Assembly (NCBI GenBank): GCA_040387855.1
Contig: JAZKCY010000001.1
Span: forward strand, 445,857-509,856
From: Patescibacteria group bacterium
Lineage (GTDB): Bacteria; Patescibacteriota; Minisyncoccia; Phycocordibacterales; JAKAEA01
Direction of reading: 5' to 3'
Length of the DNA stretch: 64,000 nt
The notes beneath the pieces were generated by a model. That model worked only from the letters and a program-made list of their open reading frames with translations, did no database searches and had not been told where the DNA came from. Each line of letters opens with the position of its first letter. Within the stretch, counting starts at the first letter, position 1. The translations under genes and the position numbers were made by a program. Below, piece after piece: positions 28,654 through 38,811 of the stretch.

Positions 28654-29313
28654 ATGTTTAAACGATTTTTAATACTTTCAGGAATCCTCTCACTGCCAGC
28701 AATTGCGTTACTTATATATTCAAATGTTCAGGTGTCACAGGTTCAAGCTGATGATTCTGTGTACTCTACAAATAACTACAACAATGTTGGCATCTATTAT
28801 GTGTTTGTAGCACCTGACTCATATTATAAGAATCAAGGAGAACATGTTTCATTTAATGGACACAATTTTTATCCTGGTGAAACAGTTCATGTAACTATGA
28901 ATGGTACATCTCTAGGAACTGTACAAGCAAATAGCAGTGGACATATAGCTACAGGTTCATACATGCTTCCATACTCAGCAGGAACAAAGACATTTATGTT
29001 TAAGGGTGATATGAGTAATATTGCTTACAATGTAGATGTTGCCGTATCGGGAGGTCATGCATGGATTGTCTTGAGTAATTATTACACAGGAGTGGGATCA
29101 TTAATACATGTCCAAGGTAATGCATTTGGAAGTAATGAAACTGTAACAGTATGGTTTGATGGAATGAATATGGGTACAGCGCAAGCAAATGCTCAAGGTC
29201 AATTTAGTCATACAATTACCGTACCAAATACTGGAGCAGGACAAAAGACTATTATGGTAAAAGGATCTCAGACAGGAATTACTGCATCACAGGGCTTCAG
29301 TCAGGCATTCTAA
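28654..29313 (+). CDS. Secreted protein with two tandem Ig-like repeats
   Basis: Repeated G.NF..GETV.V...G..LGT.QAN..G...G.KT...KG unit. Confidence 0.65.
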   Translation: MFKRFLILSGILSLPAIALLIYSNVQVSQVQADDSVYSTNNYNNVGIYYVFVAPDSYYKNQGEHVSFNGHNFYPGETVHVTMNGTSLGTVQANSSGHIATGSYMLPYSAGTKTFMFKGDMSNIAYNVDVAVSGGHAWIVLSNYYTGVGSLIHVQGNAFGSNETVTVWFDGMNMGTAQANAQGQFSHTITVPNTGAGQKTIMVKGSQTGITASQGFSQAF

Positions 29314-29387
29314 ATCTAAGAAAATTACACAAACAAGACAGCACTAGATTAGATATCTAGATGCTGTTTTTGTATACTGAGCATATT

Positions 29388-30110
29388 ATGAACAATGCTG
29401 AGCTTGTTATAAAAGAATTAAAGAAAGTCTCAAATAAAACTAAAGCTGGTTTTTTGCAGAAATACTTTAAAACGGGTGTTGGTGAGTATGGAGAAGGGGA
29501 TATTTTTATAGGTGTGACTGTGCCAGTGATGCGTTCTGTTGCACGAGTCCATAAAGATATAGAGCTTCCTGAGGTTTTAAAACTACTTTCAAGTGAGATT
29601 CATGAACATAGATTTGTAGCCTTAGAGATTCTTGTTTTTAAATACGAACAAGCTACAAAGCTAAAAAACAGTGCTCAGCAAAAGAAAATTTTTAATTTTT
29701 ATATAAAGAATAAGAAATATATAAACAACTGGGATCTTGTGGATACTTCAGTAGAATATATAGTGGGCGTATATCTTGAACATCTTGATAAAGATATTTT
29801 GTATACGTTAGCAAAATCTAAAAGAATATGGGACAGGAGAATAGCTGTCATTGCTACTTTTGCTTATATCAAAAAAGGAGAGTTTAAAGAAAGTTTGAAA
29901 ATTATAGAAATGCTTATGCAGGATACACATGATCTTATCCATAAAGCATGTGGATGGATGCTTCGAGAAATAGGTAAAAGGTTTAAAGAAACTGAAGTTG
30001 CTTTTTTAGCACAGCATTACAAAACTATGCCGAGAACAATGCTTCGGTATTCGATCGAGCATTTTTCACGCGACGAGCGAGACTTTTATTTACATAAAAT
30101 AAAAATGTAA
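29388..30110 (+). CDS. DNA alkylation repair protein (AlkD-like)
   Basis: GEYGEGD.F.GV.VP, NNWDLVD, DLIHKACGWMLRE.GK, MPRTMLRY. Confidence 0.9.
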   Translation: MNNAELVIKELKKVSNKTKAGFLQKYFKTGVGEYGEGDIFIGVTVPVMRSVARVHKDIELPEVLKLLSSEIHEHRFVALEILVFKYEQATKLKNSAQQKKIFNFYIKNKKYINNWDLVDTSVEYIVGVYLEHLDKDILYTLAKSKRIWDRRIAVIATFAYIKKGEFKESLKIIEMLMQDTHDLIHKACGWMLREIGKRFKETEVAFLAQHYKTMPRTMLRYSIEHFSRDERDFYLHKIKM

Positions 30111-30194
30111 TGCAATATAAGCATCACTACATGCTTATGTACTTATAAAATATGTTTGCTATAATTGAGCAATTAACGATTAAGAGATTATCAC

Positions 30195-30620
30195 ATGAGT
30201 TCAAAAGCACTATATACAACAATAGCGTTAGTTATCATTGCCGGGATTGGTATTTTCTTATTTGCATCATCACAAAAGGTAGATGCACCAGTTGAAGTTT
30301 CAAATACAGAACAGACACAAGGAACTCAAGCAACCACTACAAATTCTACTGAGGCTACAAGCACTGCAGCAAAGTCATTCACCCTAGCAGAAGTTTCAGC
30401 CCACAACACAAAAGCAGATTGCTGGTTGGTCATTAATGCAAAGGTATACGACGTAACAAAAATGATTGCTAATCACGGAGGAGGAGATGCAATCCTCGAG
30501 GGTTGTGGTAAAGATGCAACAACATTGTTTATGACCCGACCTATGGGATCAGGGACACCTCACTCAGCAAAGGCTCAGTCATTCCTTCCAAACTTCCTTA
30601 TTGGAGATCTTAAAATCTAA
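30195..30620 (+). CDS. Membrane-anchored cytochrome b5-like heme-binding protein
   Basis: HNTKADCWLVINAKVYDVT...HGGG...CGKDAT...HS. Confidence 0.88.
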   Translation: MSSKALYTTIALVIIAGIGIFLFASSQKVDAPVEVSNTEQTQGTQATTTNSTEATSTAAKSFTLAEVSAHNTKADCWLVINAKVYDVTKMIANHGGGDAILEGCGKDATTLFMTRPMGSGTPHSAKAQSFLPNFLIGDLKI

Positions 30621-30622
30621 GC

Positions 30623-31951
30623 ATGGGAGGATTTAGCGCTCATAAAGGTAGAATACTTTTTTATATACTTCTCGCAATTATTCCATTACTCTTATGGATG
30701 ATCGGGGAAGGTACACAACTTGTATTTACCAATTATTATTTGACGCTAACTACAATTGCAAAGATAGCAGGTATTGCCGGCATTAGTTTTTTTGCCGGTA
30801 ATCTTGTTTTATCTGGAAGATACAAATTCTTGGATCGATTATTTGGGGGACTTGATCGTGTCTTTCTCTTTCATCGACAAACAGGAATTGTTACGTTTGT
30901 GCTTCTTACAATTCACTTGGTTGCGATAACTTTACGAAACTGGAGGACTTCTTTCTTTTCAGATATCATAGGCTTTACGCTCAACTTCTCAAATTCAACT
31001 ATAAATTACGGCCGTATCTCATATTATGGCTTACTCATTCTTATAGTTATTACGCTCTATATTCGACTCAAGTATGAACGCTTAAAATTTCTGCATTCAT
31101 TTATGGGAGTGTTTATATTTTTTGGTGCACTCCATGCGTTCTTTATCCCTTCAGATATTGCGCGAAACAATTATCTGAGAGTATATGTACTTGGTTTTGT
31201 TGCTTTAGCACTTGTAAGCTACCTATGCAGAACTGTGTTTAAAAGATGGTTGGTTCGAAGAACTATTGCTGATGTTGTAGCTGTAAATAATCTTGGTAAT
31301 TCTATTACTGAAGTTGTAATGAAACCACGTGCTGGTAAAATTGCATTCATACCTGGGCAGTTTATGTTTTTGAAGTTTAAGCAAGCTGGATTTCCTTATG
31401 AAGATCATCCATTCTCAATTACTGCATCAAGTACAGAAGAGACAATTCGAATTTCTGCAAAAGCTTTAGGCGATTTCACATCTATTCTCCCAACCCTATC
31501 TATTGGAGCAACGGCTCATATTCAAGGTCCCTATGGAGGCTTTACGCTCAATAGATCTTCAAAAAAAGAACAGATCTGGATTGCAGGAGGAATTGGAATT
31601 ACTCCATTTACGAGCATGGCTCGATCATTGCGAGACACTATAGAATCAAAACCTGAACTTAAAGAATATTCTATAGATTTGTTTTATTCTGTTAAGACAG
31701 ACGCTGAGCTTGTATACGCAAAAGAGTTTGAAGAGATTGCTGCAAGATATCCAAACTTTAGATTTCATCCATGGGTTGCAGAACGAGATGGTTTTATTTC
31801 TGCTGATGCTATTTCAAAAAAAATTGATATAAAAAATAAGGGAGTATATATCTGTGGACCAAAGCCATTGCTCAATGCGCTCACTACGCAGTTTGTTGCT
31901 GCTGGTACACCTAAGAATGATATTCATTTTGAGCTCTTCCGATTGCTTTAG
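30623..31951 (+). CDS. Ferric reductase-like TM domain plus FAD/NAD-binding oxidoreductase
   Basis: TM His pairs, PGQF, HPFS, AGGIGITPF, ICGP, HFELF. Confidence 0.9.
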   Translation: MGGFSAHKGRILFYILLAIIPLLLWMIGEGTQLVFTNYYLTLTTIAKIAGIAGISFFAGNLVLSGRYKFLDRLFGGLDRVFLFHRQTGIVTFVLLTIHLVAITLRNWRTSFFSDIIGFTLNFSNSTINYGRISYYGLLILIVITLYIRLKYERLKFLHSFMGVFIFFGALHAFFIPSDIARNNYLRVYVLGFVALALVSYLCRTVFKRWLVRRTIADVVAVNNLGNSITEVVMKPRAGKIAFIPGQFMFLKFKQAGFPYEDHPFSITASSTEETIRISAKALGDFTSILPTLSIGATAHIQGPYGGFTLNRSSKKEQIWIAGGIGITPFTSMARSLRDTIESKPELKEYSIDLFYSVKTDAELVYAKEFEEIAARYPNFRFHPWVAERDGFISADAISKKIDIKNKGVYICGPKPLLNALTTQFVAAGTPKNDIHFELFRLL

Positions 31952-31977
31952 TCTGATATTCTAATTACTATACTAGT

Positions 31978-32511
31978 ATGAATAAAAAAGTAATCTATGG
32001 ACTTGTAGCATTGCTTCTCCTGCTTATACTAGGAACTTTTGTGTATGTATATATGCAAACTCGAAAGCCAAGTGTTGTCAGAGAAATTCAAGAACCTATA
32101 TTTCAGGAATATACTGATGCGCAGCTTGAAGACATAATTAGTAAAGAAAGTTTTGCACAAGCAAATTTCGGAGGAAAAGCTTTTGTTTCTTTTAAACGAA
32201 TTGGAGAAGAACTCCAGAATCTAGATCATATTATTTATATGTGGGTGCTTGCAGAAGAATATTATAAAGAAAATGGGATTTTAAAAGAGGGAAGTGGTAC
32301 AAGTTTGCCTATCGTTTTGCATATAAGTGGAAGTGGAACAACCAAGATTGTTGTGCCACGTGATGGATCTGCATATACAAATGATATAAAAAGATTATTT
32401 CCAGAGAATAAAGTAGATCATGATTCTATATTTAATACCAAGGTTAATTCTACTATTGTAAAAGATTTGAAAGCTAGAAATACACAGAAAGCACAAGAGT
32501 ATTTTAAATAG
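31978..32511 (+). CDS. Hypothetical membrane-anchored protein
   Basis: N-terminal TM; PRDGSAYTNDIKRLFP. Confidence 0.65.
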   Translation: MNKKVIYGLVALLLLLILGTFVYVYMQTRKPSVVREIQEPIFQEYTDAQLEDIISKESFAQANFGGKAFVSFKRIGEELQNLDHIIYMWVLAEEYYKENGILKEGSGTSLPIVLHISGSGTTKIVVPRDGSAYTNDIKRLFPENKVDHDSIFNTKVNSTIVKDLKARNTQKAQEYFK

Positions 32512-32532
32512 CTGTGATACTATTTAAGAATC

Positions 32533-33573
32533 ATGCGAAAAACTGTTAAGAAATATATAGGCGCTCATGAGGGTAACGACTATACTCCACATATTCTCCG
32601 TGGGACTTCTATTCTTGTAGCATTATTTTTATTGTTAGGAATGTTTGCTATCTATATATTTTCTCCACAATTAATTTTCATAAACAAATCGAGTTCTGCG
32701 GTATATACATCATTTCTTGTTGATCTAACAAATAAAGAGCGAATAGAAATTGGGGAAGAACCTTTAGAAATTAGTACTCGACTTACCAAAGCTGCAGAAC
32801 TTAAGGCTCAAGATATGGTTGCCAAAGGGTATTTTGCTCATAATAGTCCACAAGGAGTAACTCCATGGTATTGGTTTGGAAAAGCTGATTACGCATTTAA
32901 ATATGCGGGAGAAAATTTGGCTATTGATTTTAATGACTCAGATAAAGTGGTGGAAGCATGGATGAATTCACCAAAGCATCGAGCAAATATTTTAAATGAG
33001 AAATTTACTCAAATGGGAATTGCATTTGTGAAGGGAAGCTGGGAAGGGAGGAATACTATTTATGTAGTACAGATGTTTGGTACTCCTGATCTTACTGTTC
33101 CAGCATTAGCAACTGCTATAAATAATCAACCTCAGGCATATGCAGTTTCAGCTTCTCCAAATACTCCCGCAGTACTATTGCAATCAGGTTCAAATGTTCA
33201 AGGAGCTTCAAGTGATGATGCTATAAAGATTATTGCTGAAACACCAACCTACATTGCTGTGCAATCAGCATACGCGGATCAACCTCAAGCAATCAAACCA
33301 GCAACAACAGCACTTCAAACACCACCGCAAGATGAATCAATATCTGTGTCGGGATTTATTGCAAAATACATTCTTCAGCCTTCGTATGTACTTCAGACTG
33401 TTTATGTACTCGTTGCAGCACTTATTCTAAGTGCTCTATGTTGTGCTCTTTATTATGAACGTAAAAACAAAGAAGCCACCCATATTATTTATGGTTTTCT
33501 CGTACTAGCAACTGTTATTATTCTCTTTGCGTTTGCTCAAACATACTTCAGTCCGTTTGTACTTATAAAATAA
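32533..33573 (+). CDS. CAP (SCP) domain membrane protein
   Basis: KAQDM...YFAH, AGENLA, WMNSPKHRANIL. Confidence 0.9.
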   Translation: MRKTVKKYIGAHEGNDYTPHILRGTSILVALFLLLGMFAIYIFSPQLIFINKSSSAVYTSFLVDLTNKERIEIGEEPLEISTRLTKAAELKAQDMVAKGYFAHNSPQGVTPWYWFGKADYAFKYAGENLAIDFNDSDKVVEAWMNSPKHRANILNEKFTQMGIAFVKGSWEGRNTIYVVQMFGTPDLTVPALATAINNQPQAYAVSASPNTPAVLLQSGSNVQGASSDDAIKIIAETPTYIAVQSAYADQPQAIKPATTALQTPPQDESISVSGFIAKYILQPSYVLQTVYVLVAALILSALCCALYYERKNKEATHIIYGFLVLATVIILFAFAQTYFSPFVLIK

Positions 33574-33618
33574 AATAGTGCATAATTATAGTTGAGCATT
33601 ACAAGTCTCATATATTTT

Positions 33619-36183
33619 ATGTATTTTATATTATTTGTTGTTGTATTTATTCTTTATTTTAACCTACGAAATAAGGTAACCCGTTTGGAAAATGAGCTTA
33701 GGTTGGGTGGGTTTATACGAAATGAAAGCCCCCAAGAACAACAGAAAGTAGCGGCTACTCCAGTAAGTACACCTCCAGAAAATACAACAATGCCTGAGCG
33801 CATAATTGAGCCTCAGGTAAGTGCTCCAATTGCAGCTACTACTCCTATAGTTGAAAATCCTGTACTTGAGCCTGCTCCACAAGAAGTAAAGCATGATGAT
33901 GGCCTTGAGTTTAAATTTGGAAGTAAAGTTTTTACTGGTGTAGGAGCACTAGCAATAATTATAGGTCTCGCATTCTTTTTAAGTTATGCATTTCAAGCGG
34001 GAATTATTACTGAAACCATGCGAGTGGTACTCGGTGTAATTGTAGGTATTGTGCTTGTGGGAGTAGGGTACTTCACTCGTGTTAAATATCCATCATACGG
34101 CCAAGTACTTATAGGTACTGGTCTCGGCGTAGAATATCTTTCTATTTATAGTTCATACAATCTTTATAACCTCATTGATCTTCCAGTTGCATTGATTGGA
34201 ATGATTATTGTTACTGCCGTAGGTGTTGCTTCTGCTGTTGCATTAGATTCAAAACCTCTTGCAACCTTTGCTGGAATTGGAGGATTTCTTACGCCGTACC
34301 TTCTTTCATACTCTGGTGGAAATCCACATCTATTGTTTACGTATATCTTAGTATTAGATGCAGGGCTCATTGCACTTTCTTTCTACAAGCTTTGGCGCAA
34401 TCTTGCTATTGGTACTGTTATCGCAACATATCTTGTATTCATTACCTGGCTATCACAATCATATCAACCATCACTCTGGGGAGTTGCAGAAATATATCTC
34501 ACATTATTCTTTGCAGGATTCCTAGCGGTTTCACTTCTTCACTATGCTCGACAAAAATCTAGAGAGGATGAAGGTGATCTAAGCCTTTTATCGCTAAATG
34601 CAGGAGTGTACTTCCTTTTGAGTTTTGGTCTTATTGATCAAAATGCTCCCGATTGGATGGGGCTCTTTACGGTAGTTCTTGGACTGGTCTATTTTGTTTT
34701 ATGGCTTTTTGTTCGAGGACAGAGTGATCGTGATATTCGTTTCAGAAGCTTCTTGGCAGGTATAAGCTTTATACTGTTTATAATCGCGGTACCTATTCAG
34801 TTTGAAAAATTCATGATTACTATTGCTTGGGCTGCACAAGCATTGGTACTTGCATATTTGGCAGTAAAGCTAACATCTAAACATCTAAGATACTTATCTC
34901 AAACATTATTTACAATAGTATTTATAAAACTTGTGTTTAGTGACTCAATGCTTAGTGTTGCTACACCATTTATAAATACACGGTTTATAACATTCGCTAT
35001 TTGTTTGGTATGTTTTGCTGCTGCATTTCTCGTACACTATCTTGCTAAAGATAAAACAAATGACGATGTATCAATAACAAATATTATGATGTTTGAAGTA
35101 GCTGTGATATTTGTAGCAGGAATTAGTCTCGATTTGTTTAAATTCTTTGAACCATCAGCTATGACTGTATTCTGGTTGCTATCTGTGGGTATTCTAGCTT
35201 TAGCTGCATTTACGACACGTAATATCGTGGGAAGAATGACAATGTTTGCATTGCTCGGAATTTCTCTAGTCCGGATTTTGACAGCACATGCTCGTCTAGA
35301 AGAGACATCAGTAGCATTCATAAATATTCGGTCAGGATTATTACTTTTAGCTGTAGTTATTTCTGCGGGAATTTATTATCTCTATACAACAGGGCTGCCT
35401 CAAGAAGACAGAGCAGGGGAACGTGTAAATGCACTTACCCTCATTACTGTTGAAATGTTTATAGTACTTCAGCTTCTCTTCACTTTCGAAATTTCAGATT
35501 TCTTCAAGGCATTTTGGCTTCCAATTGTATGGTCACTCTTAGCATGTGCGGCGTTCTTTATTGGTCTCAAACTTAAAAACTTTGCTCTTCGTTTGTGTGT
35601 ATACATAACATTAAGCATCGCAACTATTCGAGTAATCTTCTTTGATTCAAATATCAGTACATCAAATTATATTCCTGTTATGAATGGGCGAGTGCTCGCA
35701 TTTGTTGTCGTTGCTGTCGTTATGTTTGTCATTGCATACGTGCTCAATAGACAATCAGAATCAGACATTACTCCCGAAGAAAAAACTCAAATCATCCCTG
35801 CATTTGCAATCGCAGGAAATGTATTACTCGTATGGGTATTAAGCAAAGAAGTGCTTGATTATTTCAATCAACAAATCATTGGTCTTACAGACAGAAAAGA
35901 AATCTCTACATTGGAAAGCACAAAGCGTGTGGCCCTTTCTATTAGTTGGTTGTTCTATGCGTTTATCCTCATGGGAATTAGTATTGCAAAGCGTATGAAG
36001 TTTGGACGTGTTTTGGCGATTGTGCTCATTGTCATGACAGTGTTTAAAATCTTCCTCTATGACACAGCAGAGCTCGACAACTTTTACCGATTCGTTTCTT
36101 ACTTTAGTTTAGGTGTACTGCTTCTCGTTACAGGATTCCTCTACAACAAGTTCAAAAACATCATTATTCAGTTCATGAAGTAG
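33619..36183 (+). CDS. DUF2339 family multi-pass membrane protein
   Basis: LEFKFG..., GGFLTPYL, C-terminal KIFLYD......RFVSYF.LG.LLL. Confidence 0.85.
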   Translation: MYFILFVVVFILYFNLRNKVTRLENELRLGGFIRNESPQEQQKVAATPVSTPPENTTMPERIIEPQVSAPIAATTPIVENPVLEPAPQEVKHDDGLEFKFGSKVFTGVGALAIIIGLAFFLSYAFQAGIITETMRVVLGVIVGIVLVGVGYFTRVKYPSYGQVLIGTGLGVEYLSIYSSYNLYNLIDLPVALIGMIIVTAVGVASAVALDSKPLATFAGIGGFLTPYLLSYSGGNPHLLFTYILVLDAGLIALSFYKLWRNLAIGTVIATYLVFITWLSQSYQPSLWGVAEIYLTLFFAGFLAVSLLHYARQKSREDEGDLSLLSLNAGVYFLLSFGLIDQNAPDWMGLFTVVLGLVYFVLWLFVRGQSDRDIRFRSFLAGISFILFIIAVPIQFEKFMITIAWAAQALVLAYLAVKLTSKHLRYLSQTLFTIVFIKLVFSDSMLSVATPFINTRFITFAICLVCFAAAFLVHYLAKDKTNDDVSITNIMMFEVAVIFVAGISLDLFKFFEPSAMTVFWLLSVGILALAAFTTRNIVGRMTMFALLGISLVRILTAHARLEETSVAFINIRSGLLLLAVVISAGIYYLYTTGLPQEDRAGERVNALTLITVEMFIVLQLLFTFEISDFFKAFWLPIVWSLLACAAFFIGLKLKNFALRLCVYITLSIATIRVIFFDSNISTSNYIPVMNGRVLAFVVVAVVMFVIAYVLNRQSESDITPEEKTQIIPAFAIAGNVLLVWVLSKEVLDYFNQQIIGLTDRKEISTLESTKRVALSISWLFYAFILMGISIAKRMKFGRVLAIVLIVMTVFKIFLYDTAELDNFYRFVSYFSLGVLLLVTGFLYNKFKNIIIQFMK

Positions 36184-36248
36184 TATATAGCTGAGCCCGT
36201 TGACAAATCCCTAAATAGTGTTAATGTCTGGTGGTCAAACCAACAGAT

Positions 36249-37211
36249 ATGGACACTCTCGAATACATAGCAACAAAGATAGATACCATTGAATTTCCTA
36301 AACGAAAGGCCCTTTCTTCACGCTATCCACAGCTTAAAGGCCCAATTTTAGCTCTAAAACGGGCATACTACTCCCTAGGCTATTCTTTAGGTACAGCGAG
36401 TGCAAACAAGCATTCTGATCGATTTTTCCCCGCAATTATAGCTCGAGGTTCTTCGGTGTTAATGCGAAAGCTTGGAGACTCTGATCTTGAACTACAGAAA
36501 CAAAAAATTACCAATTTAAAGTTGGCCGCAGAAAAGCTTAATGGCTTGATTATTGAGCCCGGAGCTACTTTTTCATTTTGGAATACTCTAGGCAATCCAT
36601 CACTCAAAAATGGATATGTAGAGGGAATGCTTTTGTCGGAAGGTAAAGTAGTGCGTGGAGTAGGAGGTGGTCTTTGCCAAATGTCTAATTTGCTTTTCTG
36701 GATGTTTTTACATGCACCTGTGGAAATAGTAGAACGCTTCCATCATTCTCGAGATTCATTTCCTGATAGTGGAAGAACACTACCTTTTGGAAGTGGAGCA
36801 ACCGTTTTTTACAATCTCATAGATCTAAAAATTAAAAATACTTCTGATCAACCAATTCAGTTAAAGATTTGGCTTACAGATACACAGCTCAAAGGACAGA
36901 TTCTCGCACCAATGCCTGAAAAGCAAAAATTTCATATTCATGAAAAAGATCATAGCTTCATAAAGAAAGGGGAGAAGTACTATCGATATAATGAGTTATG
37001 GAGAGACGTTCTTGTAAAAGGTACCCTTATAGAATCAAAAAAAATCTACACAAACTTTGCTCCAATAATGTATGAAGTAGATGAGAAATATATAACAGAA
37101 AGAAATATTCAACTTATAGATTTGGATCTCGAAAATAAAAAAGAAAATAAAAATAATTTAGAAGAAAATAAATCTATAGGATATCCACACCTCATAACTG
37201 TAGGGACTTGA
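36249..37211 (+). CDS. VanW family protein
   Basis: PGATFSFW, GGGLCQMS, ERFHHS, DLKIKN. Confidence 0.88.
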   Translation: MDTLEYIATKIDTIEFPKRKALSSRYPQLKGPILALKRAYYSLGYSLGTASANKHSDRFFPAIIARGSSVLMRKLGDSDLELQKQKITNLKLAAEKLNGLIIEPGATFSFWNTLGNPSLKNGYVEGMLLSEGKVVRGVGGGLCQMSNLLFWMFLHAPVEIVERFHHSRDSFPDSGRTLPFGSGATVFYNLIDLKIKNTSDQPIQLKIWLTDTQLKGQILAPMPEKQKFHIHEKDHSFIKKGEKYYRYNELWRDVLVKGTLIESKKIYTNFAPIMYEVDEKYITERNIQLIDLDLENKKENKNNLEENKSIGYPHLITVGT

Positions 37212-37266
37212 TACCCCACTAGAGGGTAGGGGGGAGAGAGGAGAGGGTGACACCCCTTCTCTTTTT
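37205..37266 (+). repeat. About 60-bp direct repeat, copy A (two hairpins plus T tract)
   Basis: GACTTgATACCCCACTAGAGGGTAGGGGGGAGAG...CACCCCTTCTCTTTT; near-identical to 38812-38871. Confidence 0.85.
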
Positions 37267-37283
37267 ACATTCGGAAGCATCTA

Positions 37284-37310
37284 TTGCATCCCTAAAATCT
37301 GCTGATGTAT
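37284..37310 (+). repeat. 27-bp inverted repeat, left copy
   Basis: TTGCATCCCTAAAATCTGCTGATGTAT; 24/27 match to the reverse complement of 37733-37759. Confidence 0.85.
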
Positions 37311-37441
37311 ATTATTTAATAATATCTATGACCGCTTAATAGTTTTCTCGCGACAGTTGATCTACTCATGACTAAGAGTTCAATCCACGATCTTTGTCTC
37401 TCGATAAGCCACTAGTGAGCTTTTTAAGTCAATTTTATTTA

Positions 37442-37720
37442 CTAACTACTGAATCCAAAACTTTTTAATGAAGTATGATCGTCAGGAGGGTTGGAACCCT
37501 TCATAATAATTTCCCCATAACTAGTTTCATACGACTTAACTTGTTTTATGATTAAATTTCTAAGTCTTTTAGCATGAATAGGAGAGAGCAAAAATTGCTC
37601 GGCAGAGTTTCCGGTAATTGTTTGTAAATAAAAATTCATTTCATCAAACAAAACAGCTGCACCACTAAGCCCCTTAGTAATTGGACTAAGAGGAATACTA
37701 GTAACTTTATTTTTTTCCAT
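37442..37720 (-). CDS. DUF3467-like protein
   Basis: LSPIHAKRL...IKQVKSYETSYGEI motif. Confidence 0.7.
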   Translation of the reverse strand: MEKNKVTSIPLSPITKGLSGAAVLFDEMNFYLQTITGNSAEQFLLSPIHAKRLRNLIIKQVKSYETSYGEIIMKGSNPPDDHTSLKSFGFSS

Positions 37721-37732
37721 ATATTTTCACTA

Positions 37733-37759
37733 ATACATCAGCAGATTTCAAGGAAGCAA
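37733..37759 (-). repeat. 27-bp inverted repeat, right copy
   Basis: Reverse complement TTGCTTCCTTGAAATCTGCTGATGTAT. Confidence 0.85.
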
Positions 37760-37885
37760 GTTCTGCTGTAATTATAAATCCGAATTTTAATATTAATATC
37801 TTGTGCTTCTTGGATATGTGTGTCGGGGTTTATAACAGAGAATTGGGCTTCTCCACATAAGGTATAATGCATAAAACTAAAAACA

Positions 37886-38776
37886 ATGCCTATACCTAAT
37901 GAATATATTCTCGATTATATCAACTCTAAGGAGAGAGGAGTGAATACTCGACGAAATTATTTAATATGGTTAAATAAATTATCATCATTAATCGAGAAAG
38001 AAATAGATTTGTTCACCGAAAAAGATTATGAGGATATCGGAAATTATCTACTAAAATCAAATTCTTTAGCATATGTATCGTCCTTAATGTGGCAATTACA
38101 AAACATATTAGCATATTTAAGAAATCGAGATATCGTTAAAATCGATTTATATAAGCTTAATAAGTTTACAAATAATTATGCACCAAATATAACAGAACAG
38201 ATTATTTCTCCAGAGGAGTATGAAAAGATTCTTGATTATATAATGGATAAAGAGGAAGTGACTGATAACAGCAAGCGTATTAAAATTAGAAATGAATTGA
38301 TAATACGTATTTTGTGGGATACTGGAATTACAGTAACAGAAGTAATTAATTTGAGATTAAAGAATATTGATTTTGAAAAAAGATACATAATTATTGGTGA
38401 ACTAAATCCCAGAAGATTAGCATTATCAATGAAGACCATAGAAACAGCAAAATCATATAAAAAGCTTTTAGGTCTAGAAAATCAAAATGCTCCATTTATT
38501 CAAAATTTTGTAAAAAAGAGTTTTGATAAAAAATTCAGTGCAAGATCAATTCAAAGGTTTCTAAAGGATATAACTCAGGAATGTAAAATTGAAAGTGTAG
38601 TTACACCAAATTCATTTAGACATACTAAAGCTGTAATGCTCCTAAAGAAGGGAAGTCCACCAGATCAAGTAATGAAAATACTAGGGGTTAATGATTTTGA
38701 AAGTATATCTAAGTATATTGATATTATAAATGGAAAAAATATTGAGGTAAAAGTTTTAGGTCAAGAATATTTGTAA
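37886..38776 (+). CDS. Tyrosine recombinase (XerC/D-like fold) with degenerate catalytic motifs
   Basis: NTRRNY core-binding start, RNELIIRILWDTGITVTE, TPNSFRHT, ILGV...SKY. Confidence 0.8.
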   Translation: MPIPNEYILDYINSKERGVNTRRNYLIWLNKLSSLIEKEIDLFTEKDYEDIGNYLLKSNSLAYVSSLMWQLQNILAYLRNRDIVKIDLYKLNKFTNNYAPNITEQIISPEEYEKILDYIMDKEEVTDNSKRIKIRNELIIRILWDTGITVTEVINLRLKNIDFEKRYIIIGELNPRRLALSMKTIETAKSYKKLLGLENQNAPFIQNFVKKSFDKKFSARSIQRFLKDITQECKIESVVTPNSFRHTKAVMLLKKGSPPDQVMKILGVNDFESISKYIDIINGKNIEVKVLGQEYL

Positions 38777-38811
38777 GAAAACTCATCTTAGTGATCAAAA
38801 TACTGACCAGA

